A DNA stretch of 26,948 bases from Pseudomonadota bacterium. GTDB lineage: Bacteria > Desulfobacterota > WTBG01 > JAPLJA01. Location: NCBI GenBank assembly GCA_026388815.1, contig JAPLJA010000079.1, forward strand, positions 1-26,948. The letters run 5' to 3'. Of this stretch, positions 1-8,337 are shown piece after piece. Positions within the stretch are counted from its first letter, which is position 1. Every line of letters begins with the position of its first letter. The translations under genes were made by a program, and so were the position numbers. The notes below the pieces were generated by a model. It did not search any database, was not told the origin of the DNA, and was given only the letters and a program-made list of their open reading frames with translations.

Positions 1-565
1 ATCACTGGTAGCCAGGAACCCGGAGAATCCTGAGATAACCGCTGCTCTGGCTTCCATAATGAAAACAATTGGTATGGAAGCCATCCCTGACAAACCCAGA
101 AGAACCTGTGTGTCTCGATCTTTAAAAGCTTTAAAAAAGAATCGGATTCTCTTGCTTCAGATTGACCAGAATGCACCCAGGACCGAATCATGGGTAGATT
201 TTTTTGGTTACCTGGTTCCTACCTTCAACGGGCCTGTTGTCCTCTCTCTCCGGACTGGTGCTCCCATACTCCCCATGTTCATTATCAGAAACTCAACCCA
301 CCTCCATACGGTAACTATTTATCCTCCTTTCGAATTAGCCATCACCGGGGATATAGAAAAGGATGTTACCACAAACATCGCCCGTCTCACCAAATTGACA
401 GAGGCTGCCATCCGGGAACATCCCGACCAATGGTGGTGGTTTCACCGACGGTTTAGAAAAGCCCGGGACATAAAAACGGGCAGGAAGTTATTTCCAAAAC
501 ATCCCTCAAAAGAGCATAAGGCGCGCGATGAAGGGAGCAAAGAGCTGACGGGGAGTATCACGTGA
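1..565 (+). CDS. LpxL/HtrB-family lipid A biosynthesis (lauroyl/myristoyl) acyltransferase, C-terminal part (5'-partial; frame open from base 2)
   Basis: Reading frame is open from the window edge. The C-terminal motif HPDQWWWFHRRFRKAR matches the conserved (Q)YLW(I/F)HRR(F/W)K end of Kdo2-lipid IVA acyltransferases. Overlaps the next gene by 4 nt. Confidence 0.6.
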   Translation, partial: SLVARNPENPEITAALASIMKTIGMEAIPDKPRRTCVSRSLKALKKNRILLLQIDQNAPRTESWVDFFGYLVPTFNGPVVLSLRTGAPILPMFIIRNSTHLHTVTIYPPFELAITGDIEKDVTTNIARLTKLTEAAIREHPDQWWWFHRRFRKARDIKTGRKLFPKHPSKEHKARDEGSKELTGSIT

Positions 566-2916
566 AATCTCTTTCTCTCCACTTTGCCCGTCTCGTCATC
601 CGTTACCGGATTGCGTTTGTCTGTTTTTGCATCCTCCTGTCTTTGTTCTTCCTCTATAACCTCAAAAATTTATCTATCCATACTAATGTAAATGATTTTA
701 CTCCGAAGAATCATTCCTACATGCAGGTACAGGCAAAGCTCACCTCCGTTTTTGGAGGATTAAACCAGGTATCCATTGCCATCGTGGCAAAAGAAGGTGA
801 CATCTTTAGAAGAGAAACCCTTGAAAAGGTGGTAAGGATAACCCGCAAACTCTATCTCATGGAAGGGGTCAATCAGAGCAGGATCATTTCACTCTCAAGC
901 CATAAGATCAAGGATGTAAGGGCAAATGAATCGGGATTTGTAACCAAGAGGCTGATGCGTGAAGCCCCGGGAACAAAGGAGTCCATGGAATATCTCAAGA
1001 AAGCAATCCTGAGGAATCCCATGCTCTACGGTCCTATCGTCTCGAAAGATCTGAAGGCTACTCTGATCCTTGCTGACTTCGAGCCTCAGGTGCCTTCAAA
1101 GTTCCTCTTTCAGGAATTGAGGAACATTACTGAGGCCGAGAAAGACAGCAATCACGAAATCTACATGGCGGGCAGGCCAATTCTTGAGGGATGGCTCGAC
1201 CATTATATCCCCGCGATGTTCAAGGTGTTGTTCGGAACCATTCTCATTATGATCACCCTCCTCTACATAACCTTCAGGTCAAAGAGGGGCGTAATCCTCC
1301 CGATTCTTTCCGCGACCATGGCATCCATCTGGGGTCTGGGAATCATCGCCCTTCTGGGGTATAAACTCGACCCGGCCACGATACTGGTCCCCTTTCTCAT
1401 CATGGCGCTGGACATCTGCCACTCTGTCCAGTTAATCAAGAGATATTATGAAAGAGCACTGATAAATCCAGATGGCCGGGAAGCAGCCCAGAGGAGTTTG
1501 CATTCCCTCTTCATCCCGGCCTTAGTCTCCCTTATAACAGACAGCCTGGGGTTCTTCACTCTTATCTTCATCCCGATACCGATGATCAAGAGCATGGCCC
1601 TGGCTGCCGGCATCGGTGCAATCAGCAGCCTTTTCACCACCCTGACCTTCATTCCCCCCGTGCTCTCCCTCCTGCCCGTGCCCAAGAAGAGCGAGGTAGA
1701 AAGGGAAGAAAAAGCGAATGTCATTGACTGGATCCTCACCAGGATTTCATTCTTATCCTCCAAGCCTTTTCTCAGGTTATCAGTAGTGATAATCCTGGTC
1801 ATCCTTATCTCCGCAGGGATCTTTGGAACCACCAGGCTTGTGATCGGGGATAACGAACCAGGTTCTTCGGCCCTCTACCCAGACTCTCCTTACAACATCG
1901 CAGAGAACATGATCAATACCAAGTTTTCCGGATCTAATCCTTACTTTATCCTGGTAGAAGGAAGGGAAGGACGGCAAGAGCCCTTGATCTCCTCAGGAGT
2001 ACTCAAGGAGATGGACTCCCTTGAGAAATACCTGAAAGAAAAAATCCCGGAGGCTGGTTACACCATTTCTCTTACTGACTATATCAAAGGGCTCAACCTG
2101 ACCATGGAAGGGGGAAACTTTGCCCACTACAAGATTCCTGATAACGACAATACCATTGCTGAATATCTGTTTCTCTACTCTATCTCTGGCTTTCCTGGAG
2201 ATTTTGACCCGGTGGTGAGTTCGAACTATCAATACGCCAATATAAAGATGGACCTAAAAGATCACCGGGCCAGCACCATAAAAAAGGTGATGGATACCAC
2301 TGCAGAGTGGATTAAAAATAACCATCATAACCAGGATGTCACATTCCTTTACCCTGGCGGAGTCATTGGAACGTTAGCTGCCATCAATGAGATTATTACC
2401 CGAACCCTCCCTGACAGCATCCTCCAGATCAGCCTGGCAACATTTCTCTGCGTAGTACTCTCCTACTCTTCCTTCGTGAGCGGCTTCCTCCTTCTTATCC
2501 CTCTTGCCTTTGGCGTACTGATCACATTTGGAGTCATGGGATTACTCGGCATATCCCTTACCCTCGAAACCCTGCCCATTGCCTCTGTGGGGATAGGGCT
2601 TGGGGTTGATTACGGGCTCTACGTAGTGAGCCGGATGAGGGACGAGATCACAAACGGAGGAAATTCTATAGTCGATGATGCCATCCTGAGGTCCCTGGTA
2701 ACCTCAGGGAAAGCTGTCTTTTTCAGCGTTACCATCGTGGCTATCGGTGTCTTCGCCTGGGCATTCTCTGACATAAGGCTCCAGGCTAAACTTGGCATAG
2801 CCTTGGGTTCTCTCATTGTCCTGAATGGACTCGGCGCCCTGATCATTCTCCCTGTCCTGATAAGGATGATAAGACCGGGGTTTATCTTTAAAGCAAAAAT
2901 AAAGAACGGAGGTTAA
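562..2916 (+). CDS. MMPL/RND-superfamily membrane exporter (HpnN-like architecture: two 6-TM bundles plus two periplasmic domains)
   Basis: 784 aa with two clusters of hydrophobic helices separated by large hydrophilic loops. GTG start overlaps the upstream stop. Typical MMPL/sterol-sensing-like TM segments. Confidence 0.75.
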   Translation: MKSLSLHFARLVIRYRIAFVCFCILLSLFFLYNLKNLSIHTNVNDFTPKNHSYMQVQAKLTSVFGGLNQVSIAIVAKEGDIFRRETLEKVVRITRKLYLMEGVNQSRIISLSSHKIKDVRANESGFVTKRLMREAPGTKESMEYLKKAILRNPMLYGPIVSKDLKATLILADFEPQVPSKFLFQELRNITEAEKDSNHEIYMAGRPILEGWLDHYIPAMFKVLFGTILIMITLLYITFRSKRGVILPILSATMASIWGLGIIALLGYKLDPATILVPFLIMALDICHSVQLIKRYYERALINPDGREAAQRSLHSLFIPALVSLITDSLGFFTLIFIPIPMIKSMALAAGIGAISSLFTTLTFIPPVLSLLPVPKKSEVEREEKANVIDWILTRISFLSSKPFLRLSVVIILVILISAGIFGTTRLVIGDNEPGSSALYPDSPYNIAENMINTKFSGSNPYFILVEGREGRQEPLISSGVLKEMDSLEKYLKEKIPEAGYTISLTDYIKGLNLTMEGGNFAHYKIPDNDNTIAEYLFLYSISGFPGDFDPVVSSNYQYANIKMDLKDHRASTIKKVMDTTAEWIKNNHHNQDVTFLYPGGVIGTLAAINEIITRTLPDSILQISLATFLCVVLSYSSFVSGFLLLIPLAFGVLITFGVMGLLGISLTLETLPIASVGIGLGVDYGLYVVSRMRDEITNGGNSIVDDAILRSLVTSGKAVFFSVTIVAIGVFAWAFSDIRLQAKLGIALGSLIVLNGLGALIILPVLIRMIRPGFIFKAKIKNGG

Positions 2917-2917
2917 G

Positions 2918-3868
2918 ATGGATAGAAGGAAAAACAAAAGGTACCTGAAGGTCGGCAGAATTCTGGTGCTCGCAACAGCGATGCTGATCTTTTCGAGGGG
3001 TGTCCCTTTCGGCGAAGAAGGGGCGCTACTCAAAAAAACGCCGCCGGAATGCCAGAAATGTTGTGAAAGCATGAAGCCTCAGCCGGCGATGTCTGCCGAT
3101 GACCTGATGAGGATAAAGTATTATGTGAAATATACGAAATTCGCACGGGATGTCAGTTTTGACAATGTGAAAAACCTGCTCATCGACAAGGGAGGCTTTA
3201 CCAGGGAGAAGGACGCCCAGCGCTTCCGCATCATCCTCAACCGCGTGAGCGACGACCTGGACTACAAAGATATGATTACCCTCACTGCCCCGCAAAACGT
3301 CAAGGGGCTCTCTGTCCTCACCTGGAGCTACCTCAATCCCAAGAAAGACCAGGATATCTGGCTCTGGCTCCCAAGCCTGAGAAAGGTGAGAAGGATCTCT
3401 CAGTCGGAGGCTGATGATGCTGCTTTTGGCTCAGACTTCACCCAGGAGGAAATGACCAGCCGCAGGTGGGATGACGAGACTTATACCTATGTAGGTGAGA
3501 AGAAGTTTGAAGGTTTCAAATCTCCTTATAACGGGAAAACCTACTATGCAGGGCAGGACTGCTATGTGGTGGAGGCTAAGCCCAAGAGGAAAAACTGGTA
3601 TTACTCCAAACGGGTAGTTTATCTTCACAAGGATTTTGCAGGAAAGATATTTGACGAGATATATGACCCTACTGGCAGAAAATACAAGGTCACACTCATT
3701 GTCTATGAATACTGGCCTGACACAAAATGTATCCCCCAGGTACACCAGGAGTGTCACAACCTGATCACCGGCCATTACACCGTTTCTGAAATCGGAGGTA
3801 TCAAGTTCAATGGCGGTATCGATGAGAACTTCTTCTCAGAAAAAACGCTCATGCGGACCAAATGGTAA
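2918..3868 (+). CDS. LolA-like outer-membrane lipoprotein-sorting family protein (DUF1329-like periplasmic carrier)
   Basis: Starts 1 nt after the MMPL stop. N-terminal signal or anchor. Motif IWLWLPSLRKVRRIS resembles LolA-like/DUF1329 proteins that accompany MMPL exporters. Confidence 0.5.
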   Translation: MDRRKNKRYLKVGRILVLATAMLIFSRGVPFGEEGALLKKTPPECQKCCESMKPQPAMSADDLMRIKYYVKYTKFARDVSFDNVKNLLIDKGGFTREKDAQRFRIILNRVSDDLDYKDMITLTAPQNVKGLSVLTWSYLNPKKDQDIWLWLPSLRKVRRISQSEADDAAFGSDFTQEEMTSRRWDDETYTYVGEKKFEGFKSPYNGKTYYAGQDCYVVEAKPKRKNWYYSKRVVYLHKDFAGKIFDEIYDPTGRKYKVTLIVYEYWPDTKCIPQVHQECHNLITGHYTVSEIGGIKFNGGIDENFFSEKTLMRTKW

Positions 3869-3879
3869 AGGAGGCTTTC

Positions 3880-5277
3880 ATGAAAAAAAGCACAAAAATA
3901 TTATTTTCTGTATCCACCTTCCTCTTCTTGTTGTTCAGCTCAAGCGCTTTCGCCTTGAACGTGACGGACAAGCTCACCATATCGGGATTCATTAAAAATG
4001 AAACTGCCGTCAGGCTGGAGGAATGGGATAAGTTCATGAAGATTGAGAACATGGCCCAACTCGAAGTGGAATACCGCCTGACACCCCAGATTTACATCTT
4101 CGGTATTCTCCGTGAGTGGTATGACAGCGCCTATGATGCAGAAGAGGACTGGGAGCACAATCGAAAGATATTGGGAAAGACCAGAGGTACTGACTGGCTG
4201 AGAGAGATTTACATCGACTACTACTCAAACAATCTCGACATACGGATCGGGAAACAGCAGGTGGTCTGGGGTACGGCAGATGGGGTAAAACTCCTGGACG
4301 TGGTTTGCCCGATGGACATGAGAGAATTTGTCCTTGATGAGTTCTCTGAAAGCCGCATACCCCTCTATATGCTCAAGGTAGAGTATTCCCCCAAGGTAGA
4401 CGGAACCATTCAGTTCCTCCTCATCCCTGATTTTGAATCCAACTACATTCCGCCCGCCGGGTCTCCCTTTACCTTCACAGCTACAGCAGAGGGCGAGAAG
4501 AGCATGCAGGGCCTGAAGGACCTTCACCACATGTTTCCCCACCTCTATCCCGGGTACAAGACCGTCGATCATGAACCCGGAGAGAGCCTGAAGAATTCAA
4601 AAATCGGGTTCAGGTGGCTCGATATCTACCGGGGTTTTGAATACAGTCTGAACTACCTCCACGGCTGGGATCTGTCATCAGCCGTCAAGGCAAAATTTAA
4701 GAAGACCTCTCCTTTCCAGGGTATTCCCATCCTCTTTGAAAAAGTGTACGGGCAGACTGAGCTTTTCGGCGGCTCTTTCTCCAAGGCCTTAACCAGCGGC
4801 CCGCTGCGGGGGCTTACCATCAGAGGTGAATTCGCCTATATCCACAATCATGAAAACAATTACGGATCCGGTAAAGTAACCAAGGTTGACAATTACAATT
4901 ATGTGATAGGTCTGGACAAATACGTATGGACCAACTGGCTTTTCTCCTTTCAGTTTATACAGCTCATCAGCAGCATAGACTCCAAACACGGAGAGGATCT
5001 GCTTTTCGGACCTACCGGTGTCCCTCTCGATAAGGTTGAAAACATGATGAGCCTGAAGACCTCCACGGACTTCTTCCATGAAAGGCTGAAGGCTGATGTC
5101 CTGACCATGTATGGAGACGACAATGACTGGAGGACCAGCCCCCGTCTCGAGTTTGAGTTAACCGACCAGGTCACCCTCGCCACAGGGCTCAATGTGTTCT
5201 GGGGGAGGAAAGGCGGGCTGAACGGTGAGTTCCAGGAAAACGACGAGGCCTTCTTTGAGTTCAAATACGGTTTTTAA
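3880..5277 (+). CDS. outer-membrane beta-barrel protein (DUF1302-like), signal peptide, C-terminal ...KYGF
   Basis: AGGAGG at 3869-3874 is 5 nt upstream of ATG 3880 (MKKSTKILF...SSAFA signal peptide). Alternating amphipathic strands. Terminal aromatic Phe is typical of Bam substrates. Confidence 0.45.
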   Translation: MKKSTKILFSVSTFLFLLFSSSAFALNVTDKLTISGFIKNETAVRLEEWDKFMKIENMAQLEVEYRLTPQIYIFGILREWYDSAYDAEEDWEHNRKILGKTRGTDWLREIYIDYYSNNLDIRIGKQQVVWGTADGVKLLDVVCPMDMREFVLDEFSESRIPLYMLKVEYSPKVDGTIQFLLIPDFESNYIPPAGSPFTFTATAEGEKSMQGLKDLHHMFPHLYPGYKTVDHEPGESLKNSKIGFRWLDIYRGFEYSLNYLHGWDLSSAVKAKFKKTSPFQGIPILFEKVYGQTELFGGSFSKALTSGPLRGLTIRGEFAYIHNHENNYGSGKVTKVDNYNYVIGLDKYVWTNWLFSFQFIQLISSIDSKHGEDLLFGPTGVPLDKVENMMSLKTSTDFFHERLKADVLTMYGDDNDWRTSPRLEFELTDQVTLATGLNVFWGRKGGLNGEFQENDEAFFEFKYGF

Positions 5278-5294
5278 TCGGTAAAGGTGCGTGG

Positions 5295-6803
5295 ATGAAT
5301 TTCGGTGAGGTAATCAAGGATACTGCTCAGAGAATTCCGCAGAAGACTGCCTTCATTTTCCAGGACAGGGGAGTGAGTTTCCGTGAGCTCAACCTCCACT
5401 CGACGCGCCTGGCAAATTTCCTGATTGGTCGTGGCCTGAGCAAGGGCGAACGTATCGCCATTGTCCTTCCCAATTGTTCCGATTTCGCAGTCGCCTATTT
5501 AGGAATCACCAAACTGGGTACCATCCCCGTTCCCATTGACATCAGGCTGAAAGGGGAGGAGCTTCGTCTCATCCTGAAGGATGCCCAGGTTAAGTCCATC
5601 ATCATCAATGCTCCCCTCTACCTCACCAACAGAGAAGACTTCATGGATGCCTGTCCTTTGGACTCTACCATCCTGAAGGAAGGGAGGATTGAAGGTTGCG
5701 GTTCCGTCTTTGAAGAAATCGTCAGCGATCCCAGACTGGACGGCGAGGTGCATGTAAGCGTAACAGGCTCAGATGAAGCTCTCTACATGTATACTTCAGG
5801 CACTACCACCGGAAGACCGAAAGGGGTAGTGCTCACCTATGATAACCTCGACACCTTCCCTGACGTCCTCAATCAGGTAGTGAAATCCAGGGAGGGGGAC
5901 ATCTGGGGGAATGTAATGTCCATGTCCCATATCATTGGCCCTATATTTATCAACGAGGTCGTCCTCCGCGGATCAACGCTGGTAATCTTCGACCAGATGA
6001 GACCGGATAAGATTCTGGAAGGGGTTGAGAAGTATAAAATCAATTACTTCCAGGGGGTACCACCGATCTTTCAAGCCCTCCTGCGCGTACCCCATATCGA
6101 GAAATACAACACGGAAAGTCTCTGGTGGGTATCCATGTGGGGGACTTCTGTCCCGCTCACGCTCATGAAAGAGTTTCAGGAAAAATTCCCCCATACGATC
6201 CCAATCCAGGGATACGGACTGACCGAGACCTCACCTTTCATTACGCTCATGCCCCTGGAATACGCCTTTGACAAGATGGGGAGCATCGGAAGGCCGGTGC
6301 CTCATGCAGAGGTAAAGATTGTGGATGAAGAAGGGAAGGACTTTCCTATCGGTGAAGTAGGCGAGATCATCGTAAGAGGGCCCATGGTGATGAAAGGGTA
6401 TCATAATAATCCGGAAGCCACCAGGGAGAGGATCAGGAACGGATGGCTCTACACCGGAGACTTAGGAAGATTTGATGTTGATGGATTCCTCTACCACCTT
6501 GGCCGCAAGGACGACATGATCATCACCGGCGGGCTCAACGTCTTTCCGGCTGAGATCGAGAATGTGTTGCTCCAGCATCCCATGGTGGCAGAGGCCGGTG
6601 CAGTGGGAATGCCGGATAAAGATCGGGGCGAGGTGATTAAGGCCGTGGTGACTTTACACTCCGATGCTCCTGTTTCAGAAAAAGATCTCATTGCTTTTTG
6701 CCGGGAACGGCTGTCCAGTTGGAAGGTCCCCAGACTGATAGAATTCTCTGATTCCCTGCCCAAGACAAGCAGTGGCAAGGTAGCGAGGAGGCTGCTGGTT
6801 TAA
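5295..6803 (+). CDS. AMP-dependent acyl-CoA/acyl-ACP synthetase (FadD/AasS-like ligase)
   Basis: Motifs YTSGTTGRPKGV (AMP-binding P-loop), GYGLTETS, TGDLG, GRKDDMII and a conserved C-terminal K (SSGKVARR). RBS AAAGGTG precedes the ATG. Confidence 0.85.
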   Translation: MNFGEVIKDTAQRIPQKTAFIFQDRGVSFRELNLHSTRLANFLIGRGLSKGERIAIVLPNCSDFAVAYLGITKLGTIPVPIDIRLKGEELRLILKDAQVKSIIINAPLYLTNREDFMDACPLDSTILKEGRIEGCGSVFEEIVSDPRLDGEVHVSVTGSDEALYMYTSGTTTGRPKGVVLTYDNLDTFPDVLNQVVKSREGDIWGNVMSMSHIIGPIFINEVVLRGSTLVIFDQMRPDKILEGVEKYKINYFQGVPPIFQALLRVPHIEKYNTESLWWVSMWGTSVPLTLMKEFQEKFPHTIPIQGYGLTETSPFITLMPLEYAFDKMGSIGRPVPHAEVKIVDEEGKDFPIGEVGEIIVRGPMVMKGYHNNPEATRERIRNGWLYTGDLGRFDVDGFLYHLGRKDDMIITGGLNVFPAEIENVLLQHPMVAEAGAVGMPDKDRGEVIKAVVTLHSDAPVSEKDLIAFCRERLSSWKVPRLIEFSDSLPKTSSGKVARRLLV

Positions 6804-6825
6804 GAGACTGCTATGCCCTCATAAT

Positions 6826-6907
6826 AGAGGGCTGGTTATCAAGTTCAAACCCAGGACTCGATGAGAACTTCTTCACAGAAAAAACCCTGATGAGAACGAA
6901 GTGGTAA
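6826..6907 (+). pseudogene. diverged 3' remnant of a second LolA-like gene (paralogous to 3789-3868), frame-disrupted
   Basis: About 75% nucleotide identity to the last 80 bp of the 2918..3868 gene (tatcaagttcaa...cgatgagaacttcttc...cagaaaaaac...tggtaa). A 1-nt indel relative to the intact copy. No upstream coding part. Confidence 0.5.
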
Positions 6908-6957
6908 AATTGGCGCCTTTTTTACTGGCCCAATACATGGGATGTATCCCCATGTTC

Positions 6958-8226
6958 TCAGGAGCCTTGACCTCCGCCTTGTGCCAGTTCAGTGTGGCGG
7001 AGCAATAGGGCACCGACGGCACCGAGCAGGGCTACCCCGGCGGCAAGCAACATCGCCGGGGAAAGTGACCCGGTAGCATCCGCTACAGCACCAGCGGCAC
7101 TGGGGCCGGCAGCCTGGCCGATACCCAAAAAGAGGGTGACGAAGCCGAGTCCAGCGGGCGCGAGCCTTGGACCCAGCAGGTCTCCGCACGTAGCAGCCAT
7201 GATGGCGGGAATACTCCATGCCGACAACCCGAACAGAACCGCGGAAATTGTGAATCCAGGCGGTGAGGGCCAGAGCGCAAACAGGCCAAAGGCAACGGTA
7301 TGAATGAGATAGACGATGACGAGGGCGCCCTTGCGGCCGATGATGTCCGAGACCCATCCCCAAATCAGGCCACACAGCAGGCTGAGCCACCCCATGAGCA
7401 TGAACAACCTGCCAGCAGATTCCTGTGTGTATGCGCCCTCTGTGATCAGGTATTTGGTGAAAAAGGTCATGTAGATGATATACGAGAATCCAAAAGCGAC
7501 GTAGATCAGACCGACGTGCCACACAACCCCCGATCGATAGACGCTTCCCCAGTAGAGTTCACCCGCTTTGGAAATGCCCGTTTCGTTGTCTCCCGTAGAA
7601 CCAAGCGGGCGGAGCCCGAGGGCCGAAGGCCGATTGCGCAGGACGGCGAGGGAAAGGGCCGCCAGCCCGAACGTTGCGCCCGCGAAAAGAAACCAGCAGA
7701 TACGCCAACCGTTCTGACCGTAGTTGGTGAGCATGTGGGGCACAAGGGGGCCAACCACCATGAGTCCCAATGAAGAGCCAGTCACGGCAATGCCTGCAGC
7801 CAATCCGCGGCGACGCTGAACGAACCATGCAGCGAGCAGTCCCATGACCGGCACGTTGCTGGCGCCGCTGCCTATGCCGGTGAGTGCCCGCCATGCCATG
7901 GCGGTGGCAAAACTACCTGCGAGACCCGTCAGCAGCATGCCCACTCCCGCCAGCGCCAGTCCAACAGTAATCACGAGCCGGGGACCGTAACGCACCGCCA
8001 GGGCACCCCCAGCCACAGACAACGCCAGGTACCCCACGAGATTAGCCGTAGCGAGGCCGCCGGCCTGGGTATTATCCAGCCCCAGTCCCGTCTGCATGGG
8101 GGGCAGCAGCATGGTGTAGCCGAACCGAGCTAATCCCAGAGCACCGAAAACGACGAGTGTCCCTACCGTAAGGACGACCCACGCGTAGTGGAGCCGATAG
8201 GGCTTTGTGGAGTCGGTTGCTTTCAT
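6958..8226 (-). CDS. MFS transporter (12 TM), on a GC-rich (about 65%) segment
   Basis: 422 aa with MFS-type motifs (G-rich helices; RALTGIGSGASNVP resembles the loop 2-3 signature). Base composition differs sharply from the flanks. Confidence 0.8.
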   Translation of the reverse strand: MKATDSTKPYRLHYAWVVLTVGTLVVFGALGLARFGYTMLLPPMQTGLGLDNTQAGGLATANLVGYLALSVAGGALAVRYGPRLVITVGLALAGVGMLLTGLAGSFATAMAWRALTGIGSGASNVPVMGLLAAWFVQRRRGLAAGIAVTGSSLGLMVVGPLVPHMLTNYGQNGWRICWFLFAGATFGLAALSLAVLRNRPSALGLRPLGSTGDNETGISKAGELYWGSVYRSGVVWHVGLIYVAFGFSYIIYMTFFTKYLITEGAYTQESAGRLFMLMGWLSLLCGLIWGWVSDIIGRKGALVIVYLIHTVAFGLFALWPSPPGFTISAVLFGLSAWSIPAIMAATCGDLLGPRLAPAGLGFVTLFLGIGQAAGPSAAGAVADATGSLSPAMLLAAGVALLGAVGALLLRHTELAQGGGQGS

Positions 8227-8258
8227 TCGGTAAAGGACTGGATTTTCCTATGCACTCA

Positions 8259-8286
8259 CGCAAATAGGTGCCCGCAAATAGGTGCC
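8259..8286. promoter_or_regulatory. perfect tandem 14-bp direct repeat (cgcaaataggtgcc x2) 27-55 bp upstream of the MFS start codon; candidate operator
   Basis: Two exactly adjacent identical 14-mers seen directly in the sequence. Confidence 0.4.
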
Positions 8287-8337
8287 TGTCCCTAGTATCC
8301 CGCTTGGCACCGAAGGTGAAAAGGGCCCCGCCGTACC

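Noticed and set aside
190-456. 88-aa ORF in an alternative frame inside the LpxL-like gene
   Set aside because: It is fully embedded in a well-supported coding frame on the same strand, has a low-complexity His/Pro-rich product, and has no RBS.
1446-3072. Several minus-strand ORFs (65-128 aa) antisense to the MMPL gene
   Set aside because: They lie inside a strongly supported long CDS, and their products show no motifs. They are typical antisense-frame artefacts.
6989-7894. Multiple overlapping 70-177 aa ORFs on both strands inside the MFS gene
   Set aside because: The high GC content of this segment produces long spurious open frames. Their products are Arg/Pro/Ala-rich low-complexity sequences.
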